From the NCBI RefSeq assembly GCF_000143415.4, contig NW_003314311.1, positions 416,181 through 480,180 on the forward strand: 64,000 nt of DNA, read 5' to 3'. This DNA is from Selaginella moellendorffii. Taxonomy: Eukaryota > Plantae > Lycopodiophyta. Below, piece after piece: positions 15,476-28,623 of this stretch (positions within the stretch are counted from its first letter, which is position 1; the number at the start of each line of letters is the position of its first letter). The notes beneath the pieces are model-generated. The model worked only from the letters and a program-made list of their open reading frames with translations, was not told where the DNA came from and made no database searches. Position numbers and translations under genes: made by a program.

Positions 15476-18400
15476 ATGGAGGCCGCCGCGGCATCGGCAT
15501 CGGTGGCTATGGCGGCCTCTTCTTCCTCGTCCGCCACAGCATCACAATCCAGGGCGGCATCGCAATGCTGCAAGGCGACGGGATCCTCGCCGCGCCACAA
15601 TCGCCAGCATCCGAGGAAGCAGGGTTTCGGCGGATCTTCTTCCTCCAGGTGTGGAGCTCACCCCGGCGACTCGGATTTCTTCTTCGATGCGGCATTGGCG
15701 GCCACGGCAGCGGCGGCCGCGGTTCTCCCCATGTACTGGTTCTATGTGCATTCGTCGTCGGCCGCCTCCAAATCCAGGGATAATCGCCAAGAATTTCGAG
15801 AATTCGGCAGCTCCAGCGGCATTGGAAGCGAGGATTTTCGGCAGTTTGACACAGCGGTGGCCGTTCTTGAGCAACGAGGAGGTCTAGAAATCGAAGTCGA
15901 GCATGGGAAGCTACAGGTAAAATAATGTTTCATATCTTTACTCATAGTTTTCCACGCTAAATCATTGTAGGCTCCCACTGCATTTACTTCGCGAGAGTTT
16001 CAAGAAATCTCTTCTCCAGCCCAGAATTCGTCGACTTCCCGAGATGATTTGGCCCAGGTTGCCGAGTTTAGTCCCATTCGCCTTTTAGAAAGCGACGAAA
16101 GGCATACTCCCGAATTACCAGCCAAGGAGGAGACCGTGTTAGAACAGGCAGTAAAAAAATTCACCAGGATGCCATCGCCTCGAGGACAAGAGGATCTCAT
16201 CGCCTACGACAGACTTATAAGAGCTCGAAGGTTGGAACTTTCCATTTATCTCCATGCTTGACACATTGACAATTTGTTCTAAATCCCAGAATTCGAGAGA
16301 GTTTGGAGGTTCTCGAGGAGATGGAGAAGAAAGGAACCTTGGATATGAACAAGGTAATTTCGACGACTATTCTTCTTGCTCAGGTTTATTGATGAAGTGA
16401 AGGAAGTGGCTGAGTTTTGCAGGTCTATCATGCACGATTCTACCAAGAATGTAAAAGACAATTGGCTGTGGAAGAGGCTTTCAGATACACCGGGTTGATC
16501 AAGTCTCCAACGCTTAGCACTTATAATATGCTTCTTTCAGTCTGCTGCAACGCAAGAGATACGAATGGTATTAAGCATTTTTCTAAGTTTTTTGAAGTAC
16601 TTGTTTTGACATGACATGGGATGCCAAGCAGGGGCTTTTGGAGCTTTCGCGGCACTGAAACGAGCTGGTTTTAAGCCAGACTGCATGATTTATACTACTC
16701 TAATCTCAACTTGTTCAAAGGCTCTGAAGACGGATCTTGTCTTTCAGGCAAGAAATCCTGGTCCCCATCCTTCGTTGGACTAACTTGGTTTTAGCACAGG
16801 TTTACCGTGAAATGGAAAGTGTTGGCGTTGAAGCCAACCTTCTTACATACGGAGCGATCATCGATGGCTGTGCCCGAACTGGCGAACTCGCAAAGGCTTT
16901 TGGAATTTACAGAATCATGCTCTCAAAGGTTTACATTATTTGATTCAACAATTAGCGGCAGTTTTACGTGATCCATTGTTGGACAGAAAATAAAACCCGA
17001 TCGAGTCATTTTCAACTCGCTTATCAACGCTTGTGGTCGGTCTGGCGCGGTGAAAAGAGCATTCGAAGTTTTCACAGAGTTGAAGTCTGAAAGTCTTATC
17101 AATCCAAATCACGTCACAATGTGTTCGCTCATAGACGCCTGCTCAAAAGCAGGAGATGTAAGCGGTTTTTATGATTTCTGTGGCCTTGTTGTGACAGCTA
17201 AATTTTCCAGGGAGACTCCGCCTATGAAGTTTACACAATGATGCGCAAGCGTGGAATCGGAGGATGCCCAGAGCCTTATACAGCAGCTGTTCATGCATGC
17301 AGCAGTAGTGGCAATTTGGAGCGTGCATTTTCCATCTACGATGATATGAAGAAAGATGGTGTGAAAGCAGACGAGGTAACAATTTTGTGCTCCTATTTCG
17401 TTGCGTGTGTTTACTTGATTTGTATTATGCAGATTTTCTTTAGTGCTTTGATTGATGTTGCTGGGCATGCTGGTAAAATCAACTGCGCTTTTGATGTATT
17501 ACAAGAAGTTGAAAAGTACTCTCTTGTTCCTGGTCCTGTGATATTCAGCTCCCTAATGGGAGTCTGTAGCAATGTGAGTTATTATAATGCTAATTATTTG
17601 AACTTACTTGATGAAATACTTCGTGGCCAGACAGGAAACTGGGAGAAAGCTATATTTCTTTACGAAAATATACAGGCAGTGGGAATTCGACCCAGCGTTT
17701 CTACTCTTAACGCTCTTATGACAGCCTTGTGTAAGCTTGTACATGGAGTTTTGTATAAGTTAAATGCGATGTTGTGCTTGCAGGTCGAGGGAAGCAATTC
17801 CAGAATGCGCTCCAAAGCTTGGAAGAGCTGAAAGAAGCGGGGGTTTCTCCTAATCAATTAACTTACAGTATTTTGCTGGAGGCTTGTGAGAAGTATTCTT
17901 CTCTATTTGATCGGATGGTTTGTCTGTTTGCATGCATTGTAGGTGCTGTTTGTCAGGAGCATGGTATGTTTATTCTCCCTTGCTCGTAGCTAATGCTCGT
18001 TTTTTTTTTTCTTTCTTTTTTGACAGGGAAAACGAGGCTGGCATCGCTCTCAACTTGTACACCCACGCAATTGCGGATGGTATAGTTCCAAACTTGGCTA
18101 TGTGTGACAACATAATAGGTATGTTGCTTGCTGATGCTTTGGAAATCTGTATTGAGCCCATGTTGTGCACGAAGGTATTTGTCTGGAAGGCATCCAGAGC
18201 TCCATTGGACCTCCGAAGCTTGCTTCCTCGGTTAACCCGTTGTGGATGGTAGACGACAATCAGAAACCGCATGGCCAATGGTAAGTTTAAGTCTCAAGTC
18301 GGGTTTTCCTGCTATCACTTGGATAATCAAGGAAACATTGCAGGCTTTCCTGGGCCCTTGCATGTTTCCGCCAGACACTTTCGGGTGGAGCACAGCCTAC

Positions 18401-19351
18401 ACTGCCAGTACTTTCGAGACTACTCGCTTGTCTACGAATTCCAGAGTCATCCGAAAGAGCAGATACTGGTCTCGTGTTCCAAACTTCCTCTCCAAACAAG
18501 CACTTGGTGGAGGGTTTTGGAGTTTACGACCCTCGAGCCTCAGCTTTGTACGAGGTAATTCGTTTCGATTCTGTTATTGTTAAAAGTTTATATTTTTTGT
18601 TTAGGAAGCCTCATCAATCGGTGTAGTGCCAGCATTCAAATGCGACGGCGAGCCGATCGTTTTCGAAGCAGATGGACTGCCTATTTACACGGCGGAGGTA
18701 TCGTCTCATTTCATCCTACGTCTATTACTAAATGCTCGTCTGCACAACAGGTGTGTTTGCTTACGATACTGAAGGCCCTTCGGCGTCGCTGTGCAGCCGG
18801 TACGCGAAGAAAAAAATGCCTTTCGAGTCCTGATATTGTTTCTTTTTACCAATCCAGGCGCAGAACTTCCTTTTGTCATCATAAAGTTCGAGACAACAAG
18901 GAAATCGGTGATCCTCCCGGATGGACGAGTAAAAGCCATTACAGTTACCAGGAGGTAGCTTCTCGCTCTTTCTTTGTTCTTCTCATAAAGATAGTTTTTT
19001 TTTTTTGTTTTTTTTTTGCTTCCTTTCAGGAACGGTCAAGCTTTGGCTGCGCTGCTGAGAAAACTTAAACTTCGTTTCAATGGAAAGGAGAGCCTGGGGA
19101 AGATCCGGTTGCATCCAGTAGCTCTCTCGCAGTGGTTCAAGCCCTCGGCGGCGACGCCATCACCATCGTCGCCCGCCAAGGCACGAGTGGATCACGCAAA
19201 CTTGGGAGTGCTTCCCAGGCCCCTCATGCTGGGGAAGAGCATCGCTGAGCAGCAGCGAGCCATACGAATGGGGACGCCGCTTCCATCCGAGAGGAGGCAA
19301 GGATCCAGCCTCAACCATCGCTTTAGAAAGATCTCGCCCAACCAAGAGTGA
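15476..19351 (+). CDS. MRL1: P-type PPR protein MRL1 (chloroplast rbcL mRNA maturation/stability)
   Basis: Ala/Ser-rich transit peptide. Segments LDMNKVYHARFYQECKRQLAVEEAFRY, PTLSTYNMLLSVC, VEANLLTYGAIIDGCARTGELAKAFGIY, KPDRVIFNSLINACGRSGAVKRAF, EVFFSALIDVAGHAG, and C-terminal YTAEVCLLTILKALRRRCAAG / GQALAALLRKLKL match the MRL1 family as I recall it. Confidence 0.92.
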
Positions 19352-19596
19352 GCAAGTTTAAAGTTCTTCCAAGTGTTCTTGCTAGAGTTCTAACAAGTTC
19401 TCTTTTTTTGATAGATGAAGCATGAAAGTTTTGAGTAGAGTGGAGCTACGAGAAAAAATGTCGATTTGTGGTAGAATGGCAAATAAGCAAGCGAAGGTCT
19501 TCTAGCAAGCTAAACAGTCTTTTGGTTCGGTGGGCCTTTAGTAAAACTAAAGGCTTTTATTAGGTTAAAAATGTGAAGAGATTTTAGGGTTCTTCG

Positions 19597-22125
19597 CTAG
19601 AGCTCGAAATTTAGGGGATGGAAGCCGAGAGAATGCGCCTTACACTCCGCGGCCACGCTCTCTTGGAGCTGCTGCGGCCCGCAAGCCATCACGCCGACGC
19701 TCACACCCTTCCTCCGCCTCCTCGCGTGCTCGAAGAAGATCTCTGGAATCCCACAAATTCCTCTCGTAAGTGATCAATCGAGAAGAAAAAGAGTGAGAAT
19801 TCTTCCACTCACCTGGATAGTCTGGCCGGCATCCAAAATGCACATCCGTGAGCATCACTGGATCCTCCTCCACCACGAATGGGAGCTCCATTTTCATCCC
19901 CATCACCGCTCCAATCCTCCGCTCCTTCCACCACGTCCACGCCACCGCCGTGCTCCCTCCAAACACCACCACCGCCGCCAAGTACTCGAGCAGCGCGATC
20001 GTCCCCGTGGAAGGCTTGTTGTAGATGTGATAGACGTTGTGATCCAGCGGGAACACGATGAATCGCCGGATCACTCCCGAGAGAAGTAAGTATCCTCCGA
20101 AACTTGCCAGGATCACTGCTGCGTGGAGAGCGTAGCTTTGCGTGCCTGTGACTGCCTTAAACTTTGGTTTCTTGTGCGTGAGGTACTTCTCGTATTGCGT
20201 TCCTGTGAAGAGGATTGTCTCGTGAGAGTTGGATGGCTTGTTCTTGAGGTCCGTGGCGTCTTGTCTTGTGAGGTACGCGTGGATTTGGAGATTGAGGAGA
20301 TAGGAAAAGTCTGGACAGATCGACCAGGGTGACACTGATTCTAAAACACTGAGCTCGTCCGAGTTTCGTAAAGTCCAGATGAGCTCGATCTTTTCCGGAA
20401 GTGATCTCTGGCCGGTTTGGATCTGGACGAACACCTCCTTGAGAATTGGGATGAAGGGTGTGATCCCACTGCCTCCAGCGACGAACACCAGGATCGAGTA
20501 GCTAGAAGAAGAACTAAGGTGAGCTTTTGACTCCTTTTTTTTTTTTGGTACTTACTCGATCAGATAGTCTAAGCTGTGTCCATAGGGGCCTTCGATGATC
20601 GCGTCGACGTGATAGTTCTTGGGGTTGGTCACGTAGTTCCTGAGCTTCTTTGTCCAAGATCCTTTGGATTTGATGACCACGGAGATCTTGTAGTCGTCCA
20701 CGTTTGAGTTGGTGGTCACTGTGAAAGGATGCCACTGGAGCTTAGACACTGTTGGGATGTTGAGAAACATAATGCTCGAGGCTGGATATCGCAAACCTGG
20801 TAAAGCAATGATTTTTGGCATGATAACTTTCCTTTTCTTTTCTCTATTCTTACTTGGATCTTTTGCAAAGGTTAGCTCCATCATGTCCGAGGATATTAGC
20901 TTTGCAGAAACCATATCGACATGCCTCCGCGACTGGAGGTACCTGAGGAGTCTATCAACGAAGAACAGGACCATACCAGCCGCTATTGTCTCCAGGCCTC
21001 GATCTCCAGCGTGGACGGCGAAGCTAAAGATGAAGACGATGTAGAGCTGGTGCGTGTAGAAGAACATCTCAAATTTGCGATTTCTCACGGGTTTTATTGC
21101 AGTGATCCACATGATAAGGCTTGTGGCGAAGGCCACCGAGGCTCCGATTCCAGCGAGGTCGAACCTTCCACCTTGGTTGATAAACTTGAAGAGTAAAAAC
21201 CAAAAACCATGCGAGCTCGTCAGAGGTATGCTATTTTGAATCGAGAACTTATAAGCTGCCAACCTTGCTTGTTTCTTTTGCACGAATCCAGAGAATGAGA
21301 TAAGCAACGGAGTGACCCGTCCAGAGAACCAAAGTAATGTTTGCTACCCAGATGTGGTACTTGACGGAATGCTCGAAAGGAATGTTCACCAAGTGGAGAA
21401 TTGAGGCGGTTCTTGCGACTGGGAAGAACAGGAAAGCGAACGGGACGAGTCCAGCATAACCAAGCTCGTATCCAATGATTTCACATCTTCTGAGCCACCT
21501 ATAAAGAAAAAAAAACCGAAGGTATTTCGATCAAAAACTTGACTTTGTGAAGCTGTCATCGTGATCTTACAGGGGTCCTTCAATCCACTGCTGTCCAGGA
21601 TCATGGATCTTGTCCAGCAAAGTTTTTATCGGCCGCCATGTCGACCATGCACACAGGAGTACGAATGCCGCTAGAACAAAGAGCTCTACTCCAGAAATGA
21701 GCGAGAGTATTGGCGCTTTGATCAGTGCTGGTCGAGACCAAGCATTGCGTATGGAGTCTGGCAGCCTGAAAGCATTCCCGGAGATGATAAGTAAGTTAAT
21801 GTTTCAAGGCTTTACCTTAACATCTTGATGTACTTCATGTAGATGTTGCCGAAGAAAGCTATGAAAATCACAGGCACAACGTAGAGGATCGCATACGATG
21901 CTGTGATAAGAATGGCAAATGTAAGTTTTTGCATTATACAAAATGAGAACTTTACTGATGATTACCGGATTCTCCATAGGCCCTGGAGTCGTTCTTGTCA
22001 AGAATGAGACCCCAGAACTTATACCAAGCTTGCGTTGGCAGCATGATCCAGTTGAAGATCCATCCCGCAAAAACGAAGATGAATACGAGTTGAACTACAA
22101 CATGAACACGCGTAGTGTTCTTCAT
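19597..22125 (-). CDS. FRO: Ferric reductase oxidase (FRO family; ferric reductase TM, FAD- and NAD-binding domains)
   Basis: Starts MKNTTRVHVVVQLVFIFVFAGWIFNWIMLPT. Motifs IPFEHSVKYHIW, FEMFFYTHQLY, FAD site LQWHPFT, IEGPYG, NAD site FVAGGSGITPF, HFGCRPD, and C-terminal VMACGPQQLQESVA...FHPLNFEL*. Confidence 0.93.
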
Positions 22126-22789
22126 CGTGGTTCTTCTCGATGAGCTCCATGCTCGCGAAACAGGCTTTTATATGTGCTGGATGAGATGGAGTGGGATCGA
22201 CGGAGCCATTTCGAGTAGCAACCAGCACAAACGTTTGGAGTGAAGCACTGTTTCTTGTCACTTTGTTTGTGCTTTCTACTTGATCTTTGTTAGGCACTGT
22301 TTTACATGGTAACACTATGCCAGTTTTTTTGGCCCTTCTCACAATCTAGATAGTTTTGGCTAGTCTTGTTACAGACAAAAATACATCAGTTTTAAATGTA
22401 AGAGCCAATAGGTTGTTTGTCAACAAGTTATTTGGAGCTTATTACCTTGGCATATATTAACTACAAAACCAAAAATTTCCATCTGTAATATTAAGTTATA
22501 TGGAAATTGAATAAAAATTAATATAATTAATTTCTTATTGTAAAACATTGGTTTAAATAATAAATGAAACACTAGATAATCTGGTAATTTAGGAAGAATG
22601 AATATTATCAAATTATGATTAAAACTTATTATAAATTTAATCTAACTAAAACTAGAAATAGAGTATTAAATTTAATACATTTTTATACAGTTTTATTTTC
22701 AGAGAGATGCAAGACATATATAATATTTTAGTATTTCCTATTTAAATGTTTCAACTATAAAATTGTATAAAGACAATGAAATATAGCTA

Positions 22790-23585
22790 TATGAGTGCAT
22801 GGAATATGGAAATAGAATACAGAAATATAAATATCAATTAACCTAAACACCTTAGCTTATATATAAAAGTGAGTAGTCCAAATTGAAACTAATCTAATGC
22901 CTATTAAAGTCCCACTATACTAATATTAGTATACAATATCATAACTATAAAAGTGAGTATTCTAAATTGAAACCAATCTAATGTATATTAAAAGTCCCAC
23001 TATACTAATATTAGTATACAGCATTATAACCATAATCATCCCCTCCTTTTGGAAGGATATAAAACATTTAAGGTTTTTTAGTGGATGGGTTAAGATCTAA
23101 AGGAACATTAGAAGGAGGTATCGGTGGATTTGCAAGTGGTGTTAGTTGTTCTTAATCCCTTTATATGAATCATTTTAACTATTATATATACATAATTTTT
23201 AGAGGATCAGCCTATTGGGCATTATATCAAACTTTATAAACTTGTGGTTTAACTTGCCACAACACTTGATACAGTTTTTTCTTCCACTGAGCAAAGAGCC
23301 CCTTAGATAAACCACATATTGTAAGATTGGGAAAACGAATTAACACTAAGTCATTCACTTTATACTTTACAAGTGAATAATGGTGGGAGTTGTAATACTG
23401 TTGTTGTCCCATTTGTATGTGGCTCAAATGTTTGGTTGACTCTACTCAAATAAGTAGAATAATGCTTGTCAAATATTGATCTTAAAATCCAGCATCGGTA
23501 GTTCATAGCAATTGCGGAGGTAAACTCAACTCTGTTAGCAAAATTAAATCATGATAAAATAGGAGTTTATATGATGAAGTATCAA
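22790..23585 (-). mobile_element. Gypsy 3' remnant: integrase C-terminus, PPT and 3' LTR (LTR with ~82-bp internal tandem duplication)
   Basis: QQQYYNSHH..KYKVNDLVLI...LFAQWK..YQVL..VYKV (integrase C-terminal region). Polypurine tract AAAAGGAGGGGA on minus at ~23039-23050. LTR 22790-23038 is homologous to 44095-44255. Confidence 0.75.
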
Positions 23586-23613
23586 CAAAACTTTGCACCC
23601 TTAAGAAAAGTAT

Positions 23614-23870
23614 AGTAAGGGGAGGACTGCAATGGAGCCAGTTTGGCCAGGAAAGGCTAGTTTGGCCCAAAAAGGCTGTACCCAGTGTTAGGTGATGAGC
23701 TACCCACTAGGAAGTCCAAGACTAGAGTGAACACGGACCGACAAGCGGGGTAGCTTGATGAAGTGTTCAAGAGTTAGCTCTAGTTCCCCCGGGAGATCGA
23801 CTAGCCGATACTGTCAGTCCAAGTGTGGGTGGCACTACCTACTTGGATACCTGGCGTGGCTCAAGATCTA
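23614..23870 (+). mobile_element. LTR fragment of a second family (preceded by a PPT-like run)
   Basis: AGTAAGGGGAGGAC then TG. Shares TCCAAGTGTGGGTGGCACTACCTACTTGGATACCT with ~32814-32848. Confidence 0.6.
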
Positions 23871-24319
23871 GACATTGAAATACTTCTAGAAAATGAAGAG
23901 TTGCATAAGTAGTAATGAATAAGTTAGTGATCCCTCCATCTTTAGTGCCTGAAGTATTACAATGACAAGGAGTCGAGGTCATCAACAGTTCATGACTATA
24001 ATAAATCTGTTCAGGGAAATTCAAATTAGCCTCTCTTCCAACTCTCGCCAGTTGAACCTCAATCATAGAGTATTGTGAGCTTTTTCTATCAACCAAATGA
24101 ATAACAAAAATCTTGATCATCAAAGTGCTGACGTATCTGTCCTTCTCTCCCAGATTTCCAGATCAATCACCCGCGTGGCAGCAAATTCCCCCACATTTCC
24201 AATGTCCCGCAGTGATTGACCTGGTCAAGCACTCTAGGCAAGTTATGACCATCATTATTTTGTTCTCCTCTGGCTCAATCTTCTAGTTTGTGCTAGCGGC
24301 GACTCCAAGCATTTGGCTG

Positions 24320-24392
24320 AGATGGACGCTGGGATAGATATCTCGCCAATCTACTGATCGAGGCATATGGAAAATGCAAGTGGCTCAAACTT
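24320..24392 (+). pseudogene. Small PLS-PPR gene fragment
   Basis: Translates to DRYLANLLIEAYGKC, matching the first motif of the PPR at 5648-7468 (NVYLANLLVQMYGKC). Confidence 0.5.
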
Positions 24393-24641
24393 AATAAGTT
24401 CTGCATGCTTTGATGCAAGCGCAGCCTCTGGCGGACTAATGATATTACGAGCTGGAATTGACTTGGACTATTGACTTTTGAAGCAAAGCACCAGCTGTTG
24501 CATTAAGCTTTTATTTTAAAAGTGCTTGCGCAAAACGATTGGGATGTAATAAAAGACTGGGTATAATCTTTCGATATGTGGGGAGATAGATGAATTCTTA
24601 CCCTTGGATTCTTGAAACAGTCATTCTCTTAAAAATAATTA

Positions 24642-27600
24642 AGGGGGTTAGATTTTAACCTAATTTAAAATTTTAATGCTATTCTTTTCACACCAATATT
24701 AGTTAATAATAGCATTAGCTTACTAGTCATACCTTATAGCATGCCATTTAGAGGTAACCATCTATGCCCCAAAACATCCAGTGCTAGCTTGAAATTTCCC
24801 AGTGAAGATCTTTCATTGCGGCCATGTGATGCTACTGCTGGCAATCCTATGCCACAATACAATTGCACAATCTAAACATTTGTGGCCAATCAAAATATCC
24901 AGTGCTAGCTCAAAATTTCCCTCTTACTCTAACAATATCATAGGAATCTGTTTAAGAAAATGGTTAGATTATTCTTGGTGGAGACATTCTTCTTGGCAAT
25001 TTTTCTTGCCTCCATTTTTCTTTGTGGTGAATCTCTTATTGGTGATGATAGTAGCAATACTTGCAATTCATGATTTATTACTATAGTTTTTCATGAGATC
25101 TTACACATGTAACACCAAAAAAAAAAAAATAGTTACTATTTCTCTTGAAGTTTAAGCTCTTGACAAATAGTTAAGAAGCTTTTCTCATAACTCCTCTCCA
25201 TTTGCTTCATTTTGGTGGCCACCTCCAACATGGTCTCTATCATTGTGAGTTTAACTCTTCAATTTCTTCATCAACATTTGCGTCTCCACTATTGATGAAG
25301 TAGTTATGTAGCAAGTAACATACATAAATAACATCTATAGCATCGCTTGGTTGCATTTTGATTTTGTTATTTAGGATTTGAAACTTTCCTGAAAATAAAA
25401 TCTTGAAGAAACAATTTCAAACCTTTTAGAAGACCAAAAGCACACTCAAAAATTTGCTAAGCCTTGGAGAGTTCATTATTGAAAAATCACTTCAAGATAC
25501 TTAAATTTACCAAGTGTTGGAATGAAGTCATAATCGCGATATTGCAAGGACACCTCTTATCACCAAGTAGATATGGCTTCAAATTAACATCTGGGATCTT
25601 TAGAAGCTCTATCACTAGTTATTGCAAGACTTCTCCAAGTAGTACTTGTTGTCGAAAGCCATTTTTTTTCCACATACGTCCATCATAAACTATTCTAGGC
25701 CAGCCACAACAAATATCCAAGAACTTCTTCTTACTATCCATAATGGCTTGTAACATGATGCTATAGCAATGGTGACCTCAAGATCATCCCACAGTCTTTC
25801 TATTTTTATCTGCGATCTATCTATACACCTTGCAACATTTAACAGTCTTATAATCCTTTGAAATCCATTTATAACCTTTTCTAGATCTGAGGATGATGTT
25901 AAAAACTTGATCACACCTGTAAAGACTTCAAGAATCACTGCACATGTCTCCTTGATAACTTCAAATGTTGTACTCTTCCCAATCCCAAACCTCTTGGAAA
26001 ATAAAAAGAGCTTGGATCCATGCCAAAACTTATAGATGGCACATGCAAAACAAACACAAATTGGTATAGCCATGTGGTAGTGTGTGTTCTACTTCATGAT
26101 TGAGTCATGCAAACAATCAACTAAATTGTTGTAGTGCATGTGATCATGGGATGAGATTTGGATATACTGTCACCGTGGATCCTTGGAACCTTGGGGGATA
26201 AATGGGGATAAAATAGCCACTAAGGGCTCTCTCATCAAGCAATTGCCCCTTTTCCAGTTGGCTTAAGGGGAGAGAGATAAAGTGCGCTACAATTGTTAAA
26301 AGTTTGCTTCTTCATTCCAACCACCGCTTGTCATTATAATATTTATTCACGAACCTATCAAACCACATTGTTGATCACAGTTTCACCTACCAAATCTGTT
26401 CTAGTTGTGGTTATTGAGAGCTTGATGTAGTAGCCATGACATGAGAGTGAAAGACCACAGTGGTATCAATTGTTTCTGCTCCTATTTATCCATTTCCACT
26501 AAGCTATCTACAACTTATCTTCTCTTCTTTTCTATTTGTTGCTACCTTGCTCAGAACTCTTGATCCCTTTTTTATATTGATATCAAATGGTGTATAACCA
26601 AGACCAACAACACAAGGTGGAGGGGATCCATTTCCTAAAAATATAACAGCATTTTGAGAAAGAAAAGAACATAAACTATCTATATTAACTATCTTTATTT
26701 AGGTTTTTATTTTTTGCTCCCCAATGCAAACCTATTAACCAAAAAAGAATTGCTAGGAAGGAAAATACCAATTGAATCTAGCATGAATATGTCTATCCTA
26801 CCTTACTGGATCACAGATGCTATTGCAACTAAAGCTGTGATTATGCCAAGGTTTATCTCTTACTCCATGGCTAATTGATTTTGCTCGAGATGGATGGACT
26901 CTTTTTCAAACTCTATTTGCTCTTGATGCATCTTCAATCTCATCTCTTTGGTAGCGGTGAACATCTTTAGTGATGCCTCATTCCCTTCCTTGAGGGCATC
27001 AGCTAATGCAAGGAGATTGCTCCTTCTTGCCTTCTTCTTTGCTTGGCCAGTCAATTCAACTTCTTTGTCGCCTAAGTTTTTCTGCTACAGCAGTGGACTG
27101 TGGACTTCTTTTGCTATGCCTCTTTCTTCATTTTCAATATTGGTGCCAAAGTTGCTGCTACAAGAACCATTGCCAGAACCATTGGATCTTGTAAGAGGAT
27201 GACTGCTACTATCATGAAGTTTCACTAAAGTGATATTTGGCTTTGTAGAGAGGAACTCATTGATTTCATCAAAAAAAAATTTCTCAATAATCCCAAGCTT
27301 CAGAACACTTCACTCCTTGGTGATCAGTGCAAAGTAACTGCCACAGCTAGTGGAATGATCATAGAGCTTGATGGCTTTGTAGATAGTTATTAAGTTCGTC
27401 CATTTTGTCCTACACTTCTCAAGATCCCTGCCATAGCCTTCAACTTGAAGTCATTTTGAGATCCTCTCCCACTTTTCTTTCGAACAAACCATACACTCTC
27501 TATTAGATGCACTTTCATATTGTTCAAGCTCAATCATCTTCTCCCAAATAAGCCCCATCACTTCATCATGAGTCCAATTGGATTGTCAATCACAAACACC

Positions 27601-28472
27601 TGGACCACCAAAACTCATGATAGGTCCACCAAGAACACTAGTAGCAACACTATGAGAACTTGCAGTAGCTCCAAAACCAAGAACATGAGTTCCTAAACTT
27701 GTTCCACTACTACTGCTTCCACTTCCATGAACAACAAGATAGTGAGAGCTTGCACTTGTTCTAGGAAGAAGAGTTCCACCAGCACTTGGTCTAAGATCTC
27801 CAACAGAAACACCATGAGAACTTGCACTAAGACTTCCAGCAGCAACAAAGTGAGAATTTGGGCCAAGAGTTCCACCAACACCTAGGCCAAGAGTTCCAAC
27901 ACCAACATTGTGAGAACTTAGGCCAAGACTTCCAACATCAACACCGTGAGAACTTTCTCTAGTCATCCATAGCACATCCAGTAAACATGGCTAGAAGTAA
28001 AAGTGCTTCGCTCTATATTCTATGCTCTAAAATGTGCTAGAAATACCTAGAAATGCCTAGTAATTAATCTCTTACCTCGTCTCCATTGTGGTATGCTTGC
28101 CAATATTACGCCTCACTGCTCCATAGGCATCGCCATTACAATGCTGTATGCTACATACCACACCAAAACAAAAGCAAGTGAACTATAGAATATTCACAGA
28201 TATTTTAATCCTAATGCTACAAAAGTGTAGCATCGAGGCAGCAATCCGCCCCTCTATGAGAAGGAAAATCTGGAAACCGTTACCTTTTACTGCTCATCTT
28301 TAGGATTTTAGTGAAAAATGCAAAAGAAATGCCAATGGTAAACTTAGCTTATTTTAATGTTACTATTAAATTTAATAGTTAAATTAAAGTGTACAAAATT
28401 AATATAATAATATAATGGTGTGAACGAATTACCATTAAATTTACTAAGTTAATGGTGGGTGCAAAACCCCCC
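24642..28472 (-). mobile_element. Degenerate full-length PIF/Harbinger DNA transposon (DDE transposase plus Myb/SANT-like gene)
   Basis: Transposase remnant at ~25200-26500 (AIYKFWHG...RFGIGKST...CIDRSQIKI). Trihelix/Myb remnant at ~27350-27580 (NWTHDEVMGLI...KWERISK...KCRTKWDEL) with a coiled-coil tail at 26860-27054. Ends AGGGGGTT (24642) and AACCCCCC (28472), both flanked by TTA. Subterminal TTCACACCA / TGGTGTGAA inverted match. Confidence 0.85.
27586..27960 (-). repeat. Gly/Ser-rich tandem repeat region inside the Harbinger Myb-type gene
   Basis: Recurring GAGAACTT and AAGAGTTCCACC units, translating to SSHGVxVGxLG-type repeats. Confidence 0.6.
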
Positions 28473-28547
28473 TTATAATTATTTATAAATGATGATTTCA
28501 TTTTATGATACGTTTCATGGATTAGCATTAAAATTAACTAGATAATG

Positions 28548-28623
28548 CTCTCTCTCTTTCTCTTTCTCTCTCTCTCCTCACTCCCCCTCTCCCCCTCTTC
28601 CCTCTCTCCCTCCCTCCCTCCCT
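28548..28623 (+). repeat. Polypyrimidine (CT/CCCT) microsatellite
   Basis: ctctctctctttctctttctctctctctcc...ccctccctccctc. Confidence 0.8.

Noticed and set aside
22862-23022. ~82-bp direct repeat pair as a CRISPR-like array
   Set aside because: Only two adjacent units, no spacers, and it lies inside an LTR in a eukaryotic genome.
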